From Octopus sinensis (taxonomy: Eukaryota), in contig NC_043017.1 of NCBI RefSeq assembly GCF_006345805.1, positions 24,862,001-24,926,000 of the forward strand: 64,000 nucleotides of DNA. The letters are read 5' to 3'. Every line of letters begins with the position of its first letter. The first letter of the stretch is position 1. Made by a program: the position numbers and the translations under genes. Below are positions 37,225 to 50,479 of the stretch, one piece after another. Below the pieces are notes generated by a model, which saw only the letters and a list, made by a program, of their open reading frames with translations, was not told where the DNA came from and searched no databases.

Positions 37225-37420
37225 GTTAATCCAAACATGAAAACACAACAACGTGAGGACGTGGAACAAGTATAGTATTATTGGACGCTAAGGAAAGAAG
37301 GAGGGTTTAATGTTTCGAGCGGAGCTCTTCGTCAGAAACATAGGAAAAGGAAAGATCCAAAGAAGGGAAGATGGAGGGAAAAAAAATCGCCAACGGTACA
37401 CACGCGGTCACATTTTGAAT
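37225..37420 (-). mobile_element. Penelope-like pLTR fragment with a hammerhead motif at 37305-37339
   Basis: Minus strand: GUUU, CUGACGA, A, GAGC-UCC-GCUC, GAAA, CAU (probably CGU before CpG decay), U, AAAC. The element ends in a (TA)n tract. Confidence 0.65.
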
Positions 37421-37856
37421 ATATATATATGTATGTATAAAAGCACCTGTACTGGTTCCACATGAGAAGTACTCAGTACACACTGTAAAGTGGTTGGCAT
37501 TAGGAAAGGCATCCAGCCATAGAAACCATGGCACCATCACTTATGAGCCTGCAAGATTAGGGATGTTCAGCTAGAGAGGCTTGTAGGTGACAAGCCTGTA
37601 TGCAGAGGCAACCACACTTTGTAATTATTATTAGTATTTTCAATTGGCAAATGTTACACAGTGACTCAAAAGTGGATAGTTTTCTTGTGTGTCGTGCAAG
37701 AAACGCTCAGACCATGAATCACTTGTTAACATAAGGTGCAGGCGTGGCACCTCGAGCAAGTGTCTTCAACTATAGCCTTGGGCTGACCAAAGCCTTGCGA
37801 GTGGATTTGGTTGACAGAAACTGAAAGAAGCCCCTTGTATATATATATGTATGTGT

Positions 37857-38333
37857 GGGAGCTAATGTAGATTCGCATCTCTCATCTTGAAAAATGCATT
37901 CTTCTGAAAAAGTTTATTCAGATACCTAGGTTTTGCATGTTGGAGATTATGACTCTGCAAAAAACAAAATTCAAAAAATTTTTACTACCCCACCCACACT
38001 ATTTTTAAATGTATAGTTGTATATTGAAATGTGGAAATTTCATAAAAGCAGGTATGTAAAGTGCACTTTCTCTGTTCATTAGGCTAAACTGTAGAAATTG
38101 TTAAAATCACTGTATTTTCCCATGTTACATACCTGCTTTTATGAAATTTCCACACTTTAATATACACACCTTAAAATTGGGTGTGTGGGAGGTAGGTGAG
38201 GTGAGGAAGTTCAAAATTTTGAAAATTTTTTTTTGCTTATTCATAATCTCTGATATGTAAAACCTAGGAATCCAAATAAACTTTTTCAGAAAAATGCATT
38301 TTTCAAGGTAAGGTGTGAATCTGCATTAGCCCC
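37857..38333. mobile_element. Long-TIR MITE nested in a SINE
   Basis: ggg(a)gctaatgtagattc...gaatctgcattagcccc; the arms of about 200 bp are imperfectly complementary. Confidence 0.7.
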
Positions 38334-39269
38334 ATGTGGGTGTGTGTGTGTTTGTCCCCCACCACTGCTTGACAACCAGTGTTGTGTTTACATACCTATA
38401 ACTTGGTGATTCAGCAAATGAAACTTAAATAAAAAAAAAAATGCTTGGGTCAATTCATTTGACTACAAATCCTTCATTGCAGTGCCCCAGCATGGCCGCA
38501 GTCAAATGACTGAAACAAGGAAAAGATATACTCATGGATTGGGTCCTTTTTTCCTGTTTGTTTTACCTTGTTTGTCATTTTACTGTGGCCATGCTTGGGC
38601 ACCTCTTTGAAGGGTTTTAGTTGGACAAATCAACCACAGGTTTTTTTTTTTACTGGTAAGCATACTACTTCAATTGGTTTCTTTTGCTGAACTGTTAAGT
38701 TACAGGGACTAAACACATCAGCACTGGTTGTCAAGAGGGACAAACACACACGCATTCTGTGGACAGAACTAAAGAGAAGAGTTTGTCAGAAGAATCCATG
38801 CAATCTTGAAGCGTTGTGGGATCAGTGGTCCGCGGACCCTTGGTGGTCTGTCAGCATGTTAAGCTGACGGACCTTTCAGTATCTTGCGGTCCATGGGAAA
38901 ACTTGTTTAAATAAAAGGGATCCTTGGTAGTGAAAAAGTTGGGAACCACTGTGCTAGAATGTACCCTTATAGTAGTCTCTCCTAGAGATGCATATGAAGA
39001 GAGTGTGACTACAGAAGAGTTAGGGGTCATGGTGAGTAAGGTTGTAAGAGTACAGGAGGGGATTGAGAGATGGATGTAAGCATTGGGTGGAGGTGGTTAA
39101 ATATACTGGTGCTCTGTCGGTTACGACAGGGATTCTGGTTGATCCAATCAGCAGAACAGCCTGCTTCGGAAATTAATGTGTAAGTGGCTGAGCACTGTGT
39201 AGACACCTGTATCCTTATTGTAGTTCTTGTGGAGATTCAGTGACCGTTTGAATTACAGGTACAACTGTA

Positions 39270-39433
39270 AAGCGCAGGAGTGGCTATGTGGTAAGTAGCT
39301 TGCTAACCAACCACATGGTTCCGGGTTCAGTCCCACTGCGTGGCATCTTGGGCAAGTGTCTTCTGCTATAGCCTCGGGCCTACCAATGCCTTGTGAGTGG
39401 ATTTGGTAGACGGAAACTGAAAGAAGTCTGTCG

Positions 39434-39476
<43 letters not shown>

Positions 39477-39675
39477 CTGTGTTTGTCCCCCTAGCATTGC
39501 TTGACAACCGATGCTGGTGTGTTTACGTCCCCGTCACTTAGTGGTTCGGCAAAAGAGACCGATAGAATAAGTACTGGGCTTACAAAAGAATAAGTCCCGG
39601 GGTCGATTTGCTTGACTAAAGGCGGTGCTCCAGCATGGCCGCAGTCAAATGACTGAAACAAGTAAAAGAGAGAGA
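39270..39675 (+). mobile_element. OR1-type SINE, full length (other copies about 43025-43420 +, 48270-48680 -, 55553-55965 +, 61840-62215 -)
   Basis: High identity to 5420-5815. Confidence 0.82.
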
Positions 39676-40141
39676 GTAACTCATTTTTGTCACCTGTGTG
39701 GACTGGAGCAACATGAAATAAAACATCTTGCTCAAGGACACACCTGCTGCTGGGTATTGAACTCATGATCTTGTGATCACGAGCCAAATACTGTAACCAC
39801 TAAGCCGCATGCCTTCACTGGTCAGATATGAATAGAGAATGAATGTTAATGAAGGGTGAACATGGATGGGAAATGAATGGCGATGGGGATGATAAGGATG
39901 AAGGGTTTGATGTTAAGAGTGGAATAGCAAAGAGGAGAGGGAATTGTGGTTCACAGTACAGAATATCAGGAACAGGTTCTGCTTTCATTTTCCTTTTTTT
40001 TTTACAACAGCAGAATAATGTTAGTGATGGAGGGATGGTTGATAAGGTGATTAGTAGTGGGTTGGGGGAAGAGTGGGAGATGGAAATAAATACCAACCAG
40101 TAGTGGAGGTGGGTGATGAAACGTGAAGGATGGATGTCAAT

Positions 40142-40593
40142 CATCATCATCATCATTGTTCGACCGTGGTCGAGACAATGGAATTTACCATGCTACGCCA
40201 GACTTCACGGTCCATCATAGCATTACGGAGGTCCTGTTGCTGGATGCCTGTATCCCTGGAGATTACATCAGGATAGGAGAGTGTGCACCCTCTGGTATCG
40301 CGAGTAGATGGCTTCCAGAGGAGAAGAGTAGAAATTGCCTCGTTTTCAGCTCTACAGCAATGTCCAGCAAACTGGACTCTCCTACCTTTCACAAGAGATG
40401 ACACAGGTGGTAGTTTCCCATATATTTGCATTTTGGTTGGATGACGCTTCCACGAGAGATTTTGAGCTCTCATATGGAGGCGAGTGTAGGTTCCATCCAA
40501 CCGCCTCTCAAGCTTCTTTGATAACGTCCAGGTTTCTGAGCCATATAGTAGAATTGGTTCGACTGTGGCTTTGAAGATTTCAAGTTTGAAGTT
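40142..40593 (-). mobile_element. 5'-truncated RTE-like LINE (different family) with an 11-bp TSD
   Basis: KLEIFKATVEPILLYGSETWTLSKKLERRLDGTYTRL...RRVQFAGHCCRA...MMDREVWR* with the stop inside the (GAT)n tail. TGGATGTCAAT is duplicated at 40131-40141 and 40594-40604. Confidence 0.85.
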
Positions 40594-40689
40594 TGGATGT
40601 CAATAGGAAATGGCTAGGGGAAGGGACTCAGTCTTCTGAGTGGCAGTTTGAGAAGGGGAGGTAGGTGCAGGAGTTATCAATTTCACAGG

Positions 40690-42247
40690 GTCTCGATTGT
40701 GTTCTAACCCATTAGGCTTTTAGTGCCTTAGTCACAATATTTTAGTATGGCTGGGCAGGTCTTCTCAGTTTCTGTGTATTGTTAATCATCTGAGATCTCT
40801 GATAGCTCTTCCATGAGTCTCAGCATCTTGAGTTCTGCCTTCACCATATCATTCCAAGTCTTCCCAGGCCTTCTTCCACAGGATCTATCTACTGGGAGTG
40901 ATCAGCACTTCTTTTTACAGCTCTCTTTATACATGTACATCACATGCTCAAACCACCGCAGCCTTCTCTCTTTGCATATGAAGCAGGTGTTGAAAAGTTC
41001 CTGGCTTTGGGTAAAAGAAAATACAAGAGGATCAGTTAATTATGATTTTATTCACCTACTTATTGCAGCGGTGTTTCAGTTTTTCTGAGCCATGTAAAAG
41101 AGCTCAGAAGGATGGGCCTCCAACTAGGCCTTTCACAACACCCTTAAAACCAAGAACTTTTCAGCACTCCCTCATCTTTCATCTGATTACTTTAGGCTTA
41201 GTTTTTCTCTCAGTAGTACATTTGTGCTCTATTGATCATGCACACTAATACTGCACATCCAGTGGTGCATACTTGCCTTATTCCTTTCTAGTCTTCACAG
41301 GTCCTCTACAGGGCTCGTGTTTCACAGAAATTGGTACACAGGCATCATGTCTGTCTTTCACTCTAAAAGTGAAACTTTTTGCTGGCAAGGTTGCTACACT
41401 GGCCACTATACTTTCCACCACTGCTACTTAAATTGCTTAGTGAACAGGAACTATCTACTAACTTTAGGGATCCTCCTGGGCATTTGAGGGCATCAGTTTC
41501 CTGTCTGTTCTTTATTTATTGTTCCAGTGTATTTGTCGCATACAAAGTCTGCTTTCTCTGTTAACCCCTCTATAATCCCACTACCTCTCTTGTGTATCCA
41601 CAATTTACATTGGGTACATCATATCAAATTTCTATTTGCTCTTTCTATATATTAAGTCCAGTTTCCTAATGGTAACAGGTTCCCATCAGTTTTCATAGTT
41701 ACTTAGACTAACCTCTGCTTAATTAACTACAAGGCCCTTTGATTCCGAATTTTGCTTTTATGCCGGAATATCTTCTCTAATCCTGTTACAGGTTCAGTGG
41801 TAAGAACAAAGTATCCAGTCTTAAACTCCTCTGTTGAGGCCTGCAGGACTTTGATAAATAGAAGGGGAGTAAGTACTGAACCCTGGTAGACACTTACCTG
41901 CACACTAAATTTGTTACTGTATTTGTTAATTTTTGCCTTGCTGACAGCAACCCTGTATGTGGCTTGTATGACTCACAAACCATTCACCTACTAGCTTCCT
42001 CAGTAACCACCAGAACAGTGAGTGAAGGACTCAGTCGAAGGCTTCCTGGTGTAGTTATTTACTCTTCTCATCTAGGTACTTATCCTCCAGTTGTCTCAGT
42101 CGGAAGATGGCATTAGCAGTACTTTTTCCTGATACAAAACTGAACTGCATTCCATCTCAGCTAAGTCTCTCTCAAATTAATTGACCTATATCTTTTTCAT
42201 GACCTTCATGATATGGTCCAGTAATTTCATACCCCTGTAATTACCTC

Positions 42248-42285
<38 letters not shown>

Positions 42286-42930
42286 TGCCCATGTAACAGT
42301 TGATTATGATGCTGTTACACCAGTCTTCATGTATGACACCCTGTACAACCTACATCTCCTGTTCTTCTAAAAGGCAACAATCAAATATCTTAAGCAGCCC
42401 AGCAGTTACTCCTGATGGTCCAGGGGGGCTTTCCCAGCCTTCATATTCCTTAATTACTTTGCTCAGAATAGTTGGTTTCCCTTTGTTGGTTTCATTCTGG
42501 GAAGGCCCTTTTCCTCCCATGCAATTTTTTACAGTTAATAGCCTTTTAAAGCTGCACTTCCAGTGCCTTTTTCTTTTAGAATCACTAAAACCAAGTGCAC
42601 CATTGTCCCTCTACATCTTGTCTCTGATAGACTGTCTTGCAATCTGGAATACTTCATACTGCTGTTCCTCTTGTCATAGAACATTGGCAAACATCCCATG
42701 TTCTGCTTCACACCTGTTGCCTAGCTTCTCTTCTTGCTACTTGGTGTGGTTCTCTGCTGTTTCTTTTCTTTCAGTTTTTCCAAGCCTGTCTCTGCTTCTA
42801 TGGCTCTGTCCCCTTCATTGTTTCACCACAATGCTACTTCTGGTCTGGCTAGTACTTTTGAACCAATCAAATTTGTAGCCCTCAACAGGTTGTTCCTGTA
42901 GGAACTTCCATTTGTCCTCTGTGCTCTAAA
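40690..42930 (-). mobile_element. Old degraded RTE LINE (RT region) with a nested mariner MITE
   Basis: Minus-strand fragments RGNYRGMKLLDHIMKVM, MQFSFVSGKSTANAIFRLRQLEDKYL and EAFD, with many stops and frameshifts. Confidence 0.7.
40980..41168. mobile_element. mariner-type MITE (related ends at about 13060 and 57505)
   Basis: gtgttgaaaagttcctggcttt ... aaaaccaagaacttttcagcactccctc inverted ends. Confidence 0.6.
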
Positions 42931-43885
42931 TCTCTATTGCCATCTACCTGTCAGCAAGTACTTCTATATTTTCCTCACACACATGATGTACATTATGTAC
43001 TGTATATATCATCATTTAACGTAGGAGTAGGAGTGGCAAGTAGCAGCTTGCTTATGAACCACATAGTTCTGGGTTCAGTCCCACTGCATGGCACTTTGGG
43101 CAAGTGTCTTCTACTATAGCCTCGGGCCGACCAAAGCCTTGTGAGTGGATTTGGTAGATGGAAACTGAAAGAAGCCTGTCATATATATATGTATAACTAT
43201 GTATGTGTGTGTATATGTTTGTGTGTCTGTGTTTGTCCCCCCAACATCGCTTGACAACCGATGCTGGTGTGTTTACGTCCCCGTAACTTAGCGGTTGGGC
43301 AGAAGAGACCGATAGAATAAGTACTAGGCTTACAAAGAATAAGTCCTGGGGTCGATTTGCTCGACTAAAGGCGGTGCTCCAGCATGGCCACAGTCAAATG
43401 ACTGAAACAAATAAAAGAGTATTTAACGTCTATATTCCTTGCTGGCAGGGATTGGATGAACTGGCAGGGTCCAACAAGCCTGAGGCTGTGTTGGTTTCTA
43501 ATATCTGTTTTTACAAGGTTTCTATGGCTGGATGCCATGACTAATGCTATGTTATATATATTTAACCCTTTCGTTACCAACCCGGCCGAAACCGGCTCTG
43601 GCTCTGAAGTATAAATGTCTTGTTTTCATAACTTTTGAATTAAAATCTCCCACCAAACCTTAGTCACAATTAATGCTCCTAACACTAGCTTAATGATAAT
43701 TAAGTTATTTTACTAAATTCTTTGTTATATTTAAAATCAATTGAAAAACATACAGAGCATCTCAAAATAAATACAGTAACAAAAGGGTCGTAAAAGAAAT
43801 AGGGTTTTGGAATTTGTGCAGGTACCTTATTAGCACTCCAATATGATCCACATCTGGCTAATCACATCGAATTATAAGGAACATA

Positions 43886-43992
43886 GCTTCAGCAGTACAT
43901 ATACTAAGATTGAAACGATACAGAGAAGATCATTTTGGCCCCTGTGCAAAGATGATGTGCAAATTCATGAAGCGTTACATATTCTTTTTTTT
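43886..43992 (+). pseudogene. RNU6: U6 snRNA pseudogene
   Basis: gcttcagcagtacatatactaagattgaaacgatACAGAGAagatcattttggcccctgtgcaaagatgatgtgcaaattcatgaagcgttacatattct(8) aligns to U6 from about nt 7 to the 3' oligo-U. The ACAGAGA box is intact, the AGC triad is mutated and there are several transitions. Confidence 0.9.
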
Positions 43993-44214
43993 AATGTCTG
44001 ACCCATGCCAGCTTGGACAACAGATGTTAAGTGATGATAATGAATTAAATGGTTCTTCACTCAATTGGTAAATCCTGAGTTCACTTCATTGGATTTTTTA
44101 CAGCCATACTGAGTGGATTGGAATTTAATGAGAACAGTACTATAGTAAATAATTTTTGAAGATGTATATAATTCTCTGTTCTGCTTTATATATATATATA
44201 TATATATATATATC

Positions 44215-44390
44215 AGTCGCCATGATAGATCGTTAGCCACTACACACATTTTTTTTCTTTCCTTGTTTTTTTCTGTGGCCCTTTCTGTAGAAGAGCATAG
44301 GCTCGAAACGTAAAAGACTTTTTCTATTCCTGAGCGTTATACTAATACACCTGTCTTCGTCTTTTGTTTTTTTCATAACTCTTCCTATAT
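44215..44390 (+). mobile_element. Penelope-like pLTR fragment with a variant hammerhead at 44281-44316
   Basis: CUUU, CUGUAGA, A, GAGC-AUAG-GCUC, GAAA, CGU, A, AAAG. It lies between (TA)n tracts. Confidence 0.62.
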
Positions 44391-44609
44391 ATATATATAT
44401 ATATATATTTGTGTTATATAAATGTGTGTGTGTGTTGATTATATAGATATCTGTGTGTGTCACACTATATGGATTCAACTAATCTGGTGGTACTCATAAA
44501 AAAAAGTTCCTTAATGTATTATTCTACAAAACATAGAATACAGAGTACAATACCAGAGGAAAACACAATGAGTGTATAAAGTTATAAACAACAAAATATA
44601 TTTCATCAT

Positions 44610-44780
44610 GTTAAACCATTAATCCCTCTGCATTTTTTCCCCTCTCATCCCTTTCTGTTGAAGAGCATAGGCTCAAAATATCAAAGACTTGTCCATTCTT
44701 CCCAAGCATCAAACTAATACACCTTCTTGTTGTTCTCTCACCTGTCTTGTCTATTTTGTCTTTTGTACAACTGATCCACA
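44610..44780 (+). mobile_element. Second, more decayed copy of the same pLTR family (hammerhead remnant 44651-44686)
   Basis: cttt-ctgttga-a-gagc-atag-gctc-aaaa-tat-c-aaag. The flanks are similar to 44215-44390 and the changes are mostly CpG-type. Confidence 0.55.
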
Positions 44781-45699
44781 CACACACATATACACATACA
44801 CACACATGGCCAATCTGAGTTTCTTCTTTTAACTCATTTTCTTATTATTTCTGTAAATTACGTAAGCCATAAACACCTTTTACTTTTTTCAGTATATTTC
44901 GGTGTGTTTCATCCGCTGAAGATAATGTTGGACAGTTGCTCTGCTAATGACAGCCTCCTGGGGTAGAAACTTGCGACTGTCGCTGTCCACTTCTCAGTAG
45001 ACATTCAGACTGCCCTTTCTATAATGGCATGTCAGTTTTAGAGAAATTCTTGAGTCTTGAAATTCTCTCCCTTTCACATTTGGAAATGGTACCTGTTACA
45101 ACCAAGTGATTGTTCTGTTATCTCTAGATGTGGAGTAAATTTTCAAAGAATGAAGAGTTTATCTTGCATCTTGTTTAATTTATCCAGATTCATACAAGTT
45201 GTTCAAATATATATTTACATATATGCTTTTGGGCTCTAAGAATTATTTATATTTCTCTATCTGTTTACTTCTCTGTCTGTCTACCCATCTGTCTGTCGAC
45301 CTCTCCATCCACATCTCTACCTATCTATCTATCTGTTTGTCTGCCTAACACTAACAAACCTATATGTAGTGTGTCTGTCTTTGCATTGCCTAACCACGAT
45401 AGTCGCATATAATGCTTAGGTATCGTCAACAAGTAATCTTTTATTAAACAAGAACTTCATACTTATTTAATCATTGCATCTACCATCTTTAACGTATTTT
45501 TCTTTTAATTAATCTACTTGACGTCATTTTATCTCGTGGTTATGATGATGGTGGTGGTGGTGGCACTCTCGCCAGTCAGACACCGGAAGTCAATAAAAGG
45601 GGTGTGTCAGAAATTGATGTATCTAGATTGATCGTTCACTCAACACATTTCTTATTCTGATTATTTAACGAGCCTTGTGCGTACGTGAGCGTATACATG

Positions 45700-46970
45700 C
45701 ATTATACACACACACACATAGTGTGCACATATATATGCATGTATATATATATATATATATGTACATATATACATGTGTATGTACATATACATGTGTATGC
45801 ATATATACAAGTGTATATATGTATATATACGGCTTTGTATACACATGTATGTATACACATATGTACATACGTGTATGTATATATTTGTATATATACGTGT
45901 ATGTATACACATATATACATACGTGTATGTATATACTTGTAAATATACATTGTATGTATACACATATGTACATACGTGTATGTATATATTTGTATATATA
46001 CGTGTATGTATATACATACGTGTATGTATATACTTGTAAATATACATTGTATGTATACACATATATACATACGTGTATGTATACACTTGTATATATACGT
46101 GTATGTATACACTTGTATATATACGTGTATGTATACACTTGTATTTATACGTGTATGTATACACTTGTATATATACGTGTATGTATACACTAGTATATAT
46201 ATACGTGTATGTATACACATGTATATATACGTGTGTGTATACACATGTATATATACATGTGTGTATACACATGTATATATACGTGTGTGTATACACATGT
46301 ATATATGTGTATGTATGCACATGTATATATACGTGTATGTATGCACATGTATATATACGTGTATGTATGCACATGTATATATACGTGTATGTATGCACAT
46401 GTATATATACGTGTATGTATGTACATGTATATATACGTGTATGTATGCACATGTATATATACGTGTATGTATGCACATGTATATATACGTGTGTGTATGC
46501 ACATGTATATATACGTGTGTGTATGCACATGTATATAGACGTGTGTGTATACACATGTATATACAAGTGTGTGTACACATGTATATACAAGTGTTTGTGT
46601 ACACATGTATATACAAGTGTGTGTACACATGTATATACAAGTGTGTATACACATGTATATACATGTGTATGTATATATATGTATGTGTATGTATGTATAT
46701 ATGTAAGTGTATGTGTGTATATATGTATGTTTATGTATGTGTGTATATATGTATGTTTATGTATGTATATGTGTATGTATGTGTATATATTTATGTATAG
46801 ACATGTGTATGTATATACGTGTGTGTATAGATACGTGTATATACATGTGTGTGTATATATATATATATGTGTGTGTATATATACGTGTTTATACATGTGT
46901 ATATATATATATATATAGTGTATACATATGTATGTACATACATACATATATATTGTATGTATATATATAT
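45700..46970. repeat. Alternating purine-pyrimidine tract with a minisatellite core of about 26 bp (ATGTATATATACGTGTATGTATGCAC)
   Basis: A 26-bp period is visible at about 46060-46640. Confidence 0.85.
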
Positions 46971-47673
46971 AATAGAAGCATTGGTTTATTGTGGCTATAT
47001 CCCAATAAGTGTTGAAGGCTATTCTGTTATTGAAGTCTCTGCTTGTTCACAGTTTCGTTGAAAGTCACCATAAAATATAAACGATTTATTTGGTGCAGTC
47101 TAAAGTGCCAGGCCCAATCCATAATAAATATAGGGTTGTGACGAAGAAACCTCCAAAGCGAATGTCGCAGAAGTATCGCATCGTCTTTGAACACCAGGTT
47201 TGGTATTGATTAAAACGGAGAAACGTTGCTAAACGTTAACCACAGAATTGACGCGTTTTAATCGTCACTTTTTCCCTCTTTTCGTTTTGGTGTGTATGTG
47301 TGTACGCACGTACGTACCATGTGAATTGGCTTTTTTTTTTTCTCTCTCACTTCCTACTTATCAAAAAACACAAGTGTATTTGGTGAAGGTCATCATTGAT
47401 TGGAGTTTTTGCGATGCCTGTTTTTCTTTTTTTCTTTTTTTTTTTTTTTTTCAATTTAAATCTTGTTCGTCGCGTCGATAGATTTTGACCACAAAAACAT
47501 GGGTTTCCTGAAAAAACAAAACAACACAAAACAAAAAACCCCAGAAAGTTGTAAATAAATTGTAAAAGACTACGGGATTCACATAATCTCTTTTTCTTCT
47601 GTCTCTCTCTCCCTCCCTCTCTCTCTCTATATATATATATATACATATATGTGTGTATGTATATATATATATA

Positions 47674-47790
<117 letters not shown>

Positions 47791-49389
47791 ATATATATAT
47801 ATATATATACTATACTAGATATGAAACCAATGGGTTCTACTAAACTGTTATTTTACACATACAAGTATATATATATATTTATAGATATATACACACACAC
47901 GCGCACAAACACAGTGTGTGTTCGTGTGCGTATGTACATGTTTATTGTTCTTTAGAAAAGAATAGTGTTGATAGTGACTTCGTAGTTTCAGCCTGCTTTA
48001 AGGCTTCAAGACCGATATTTTAATATTATTTATTAATCGGCAGAAATTACAGTGACTCAAGAGCCGAGAGTTCCGTACATTGACACCTGTGCGAGTGTGT
48101 ACGTGCCATCGCGCGCGTGCGTAACCTTTCTTCCCTGCACATAATGTGCTCTTTCGTCGCCGACTACGTTGTTTGCCTTTGTTATCATCAATCTTCATTA
48201 TTATTAAAATCGCTGGAACGTCGTCTCTTCACCTTGGTTGAAATCACAGCAGTCTCCTTGATACTATATATACTCTTTACTCTTTACTCTTTTACTTGTT
48301 TCAGTCATTTGACTGCGGCCATACTGGAGCACCGCCTTTAGTCGAGCAAATCGACCCCGGGACTTATTCTTTGTAAGCCCAGTACTTATTCTATCGGTGT
48401 CTTTTGCCGAACCGCTAAGTGACGGGGACGTAAACACACCAGCATCGGTTGTCAAGCAATGCTAGGGGGACAAACACAGACATACACACACACATACACA
48501 TATATATATATACATATATACGACAGGCTTCTTTCAGTTTCCGTCTACCAAATCCACTCACAAGGCATTGGTCGGCCTGGGGCTATAGCAGAAGACACTT
48601 GCCCAAGATGCCACGCAGTGGGACTGAACCCGGAACCATGTGGTTGGTTAGCAAGCTACTTACCACACAGCCACTCCTATATATAATATTATTTAATAGT
48701 CAGTTGATTAAATTGACGCTCTATCATCCTCTTGCACGCTGCCACTCTCCTCATTTACAGGTCTGGTGCTCATCTGTGAAAACATTAAGAAACGTAATTC
48801 TTATAATGATGGTCGGAACGGTAGAATGACAGACAGAATGCCCCCCTGGTGTGTGTGTGTGTGAGAGAGAGAGTGGTTCGTTTAGTTTCAAGTCATCTTG
48901 CCGAAATCGATTTGGTCTCTCATGCCAAAATGGAACCAGTTGATTCTTTTTCTCTCTGCTTGTTTCACTCGTTGGACTGTCTGTCTGTCCATCCATCCAT
49001 CCATCCATCCATCCATCTCTGTATATAGGTGTTTATATCTGTATCTGCATTTATTTATGGATGTAAAAATGTGTGTATACATTTTGGTATACGTGTGTAT
49101 GTATATATGTGTGTGTTTGTATGTATACCTATGTGTGTGTGTGTGTTTGTATGTATACCTATATGTGTGTGTGTGTTTGTATGTATACCTATATGTGTGT
49201 ATGTATGTATATATATATATGAGTGTGTATGTATGTGTGTATATATATATATATGAGTGTGTATGTATGTGTGTATATATATATATATGTGTGTGTGTAT
49301 GTGTGCATATAGATATTCGTGTATGCATATGTGTCTTTATCATATTTATATCTACATACATGTATCTATATGTATGTATGTGTGTGTGC

Positions 49390-49437
<48 letters not shown>

Positions 49438-50479
49438 CTGTTTTCTTTTTATACATACTGCTTTACAAATAAGTGGAATTACCTGCAATTTCTTAAGATT
49501 ATTAGGATTTATCGTTTCTGCTTTTTCGAAAGATATTTATTGTTTTGTATGTGTTTCCATTATACATTTAAAACTGAGACTGTTGGTTTCATTTTGTAAT
49601 ATTAATCTGATATCTTCTTGTAAACTATGAGTATTTTTGGTTTGTTTTACAAGCACACACATACAGACACATTTTAATCAAGTTCTAATCTGTTGAAACT
49701 TTCCTTGATTTACAATTTTCATTTCATTGTATATACAGGCATGGCTGTGAGGTAAGGAAGTTTGTTTCCCATTCACATGGTTTCAGGTTCAACCCCACTG
49801 TATGACACCTTGGACAAGTGTCTTCTATTATAGCCCTGAGTTGACCAAAGCCATGGAAGCCTTGTGAAGGGATTTTGGTAGATTTGATAGATGGAAACTG
49901 AAAGAAGCTATTGCATATATGTGTTTGTTTATGGATGTATTTGTTGTTTCCTTGTCTTGACATCATGTTAGTTGTGAGTGTCACTGTCGTACAAGCCGTG
50001 TCCTTCATTTCCAGTCTTTAGTGGAAACATGCCCAGCTATGAGAAAATATTAGCTTGCTTGGAAACAGGTAAGGGTTGGCAATAGGAAGGACATTTGACT
50101 AGAAAATCTGCCTCAACAAATTTGGTCTGACCCACCCCGCATAGAAACGCAGCTGTAAAAACAAGTATGTTGATAATATATTATAATATATTAGAACCTC
50201 TCGTACGCTACACTTTCTTCAGAATTGTTTCCCCTGCGTCTGCCCTGCAGCTACATGGGGGAAAACTTGTACATCAACAAGGTGCACCTACAGTGTGCTG
50301 AAGGTCAATGTGAGACTTTCGTGAAATGCTGTTGATTTAGGAAATTAAGTTATTAATTGGCTGAAAGATTAGAATGGCGATTACAAGTGGCCTTTGAAGG
50401 AACTTTGAAGTAACATTACTTGACATGTTGCATTGCTTATAGATCAGGTAGTCTTGCCAGCTCTAGACCCTATCTCTCT

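Noticed and set aside
42300-42878. 192-aa plus-strand ORF
   Set aside because: It is the antisense of a degraded RTE LINE, with low-complexity S/L/C composition.
44900-44995. CTGAAGA / CTAATGA ... GAAAC enclosed by a 9-bp stem (GACAGTTGC/GCGACTGTC)
   Set aside because: It may be a decayed hammerhead, but the core spacing, stem II and the UH site cannot be placed convincingly.
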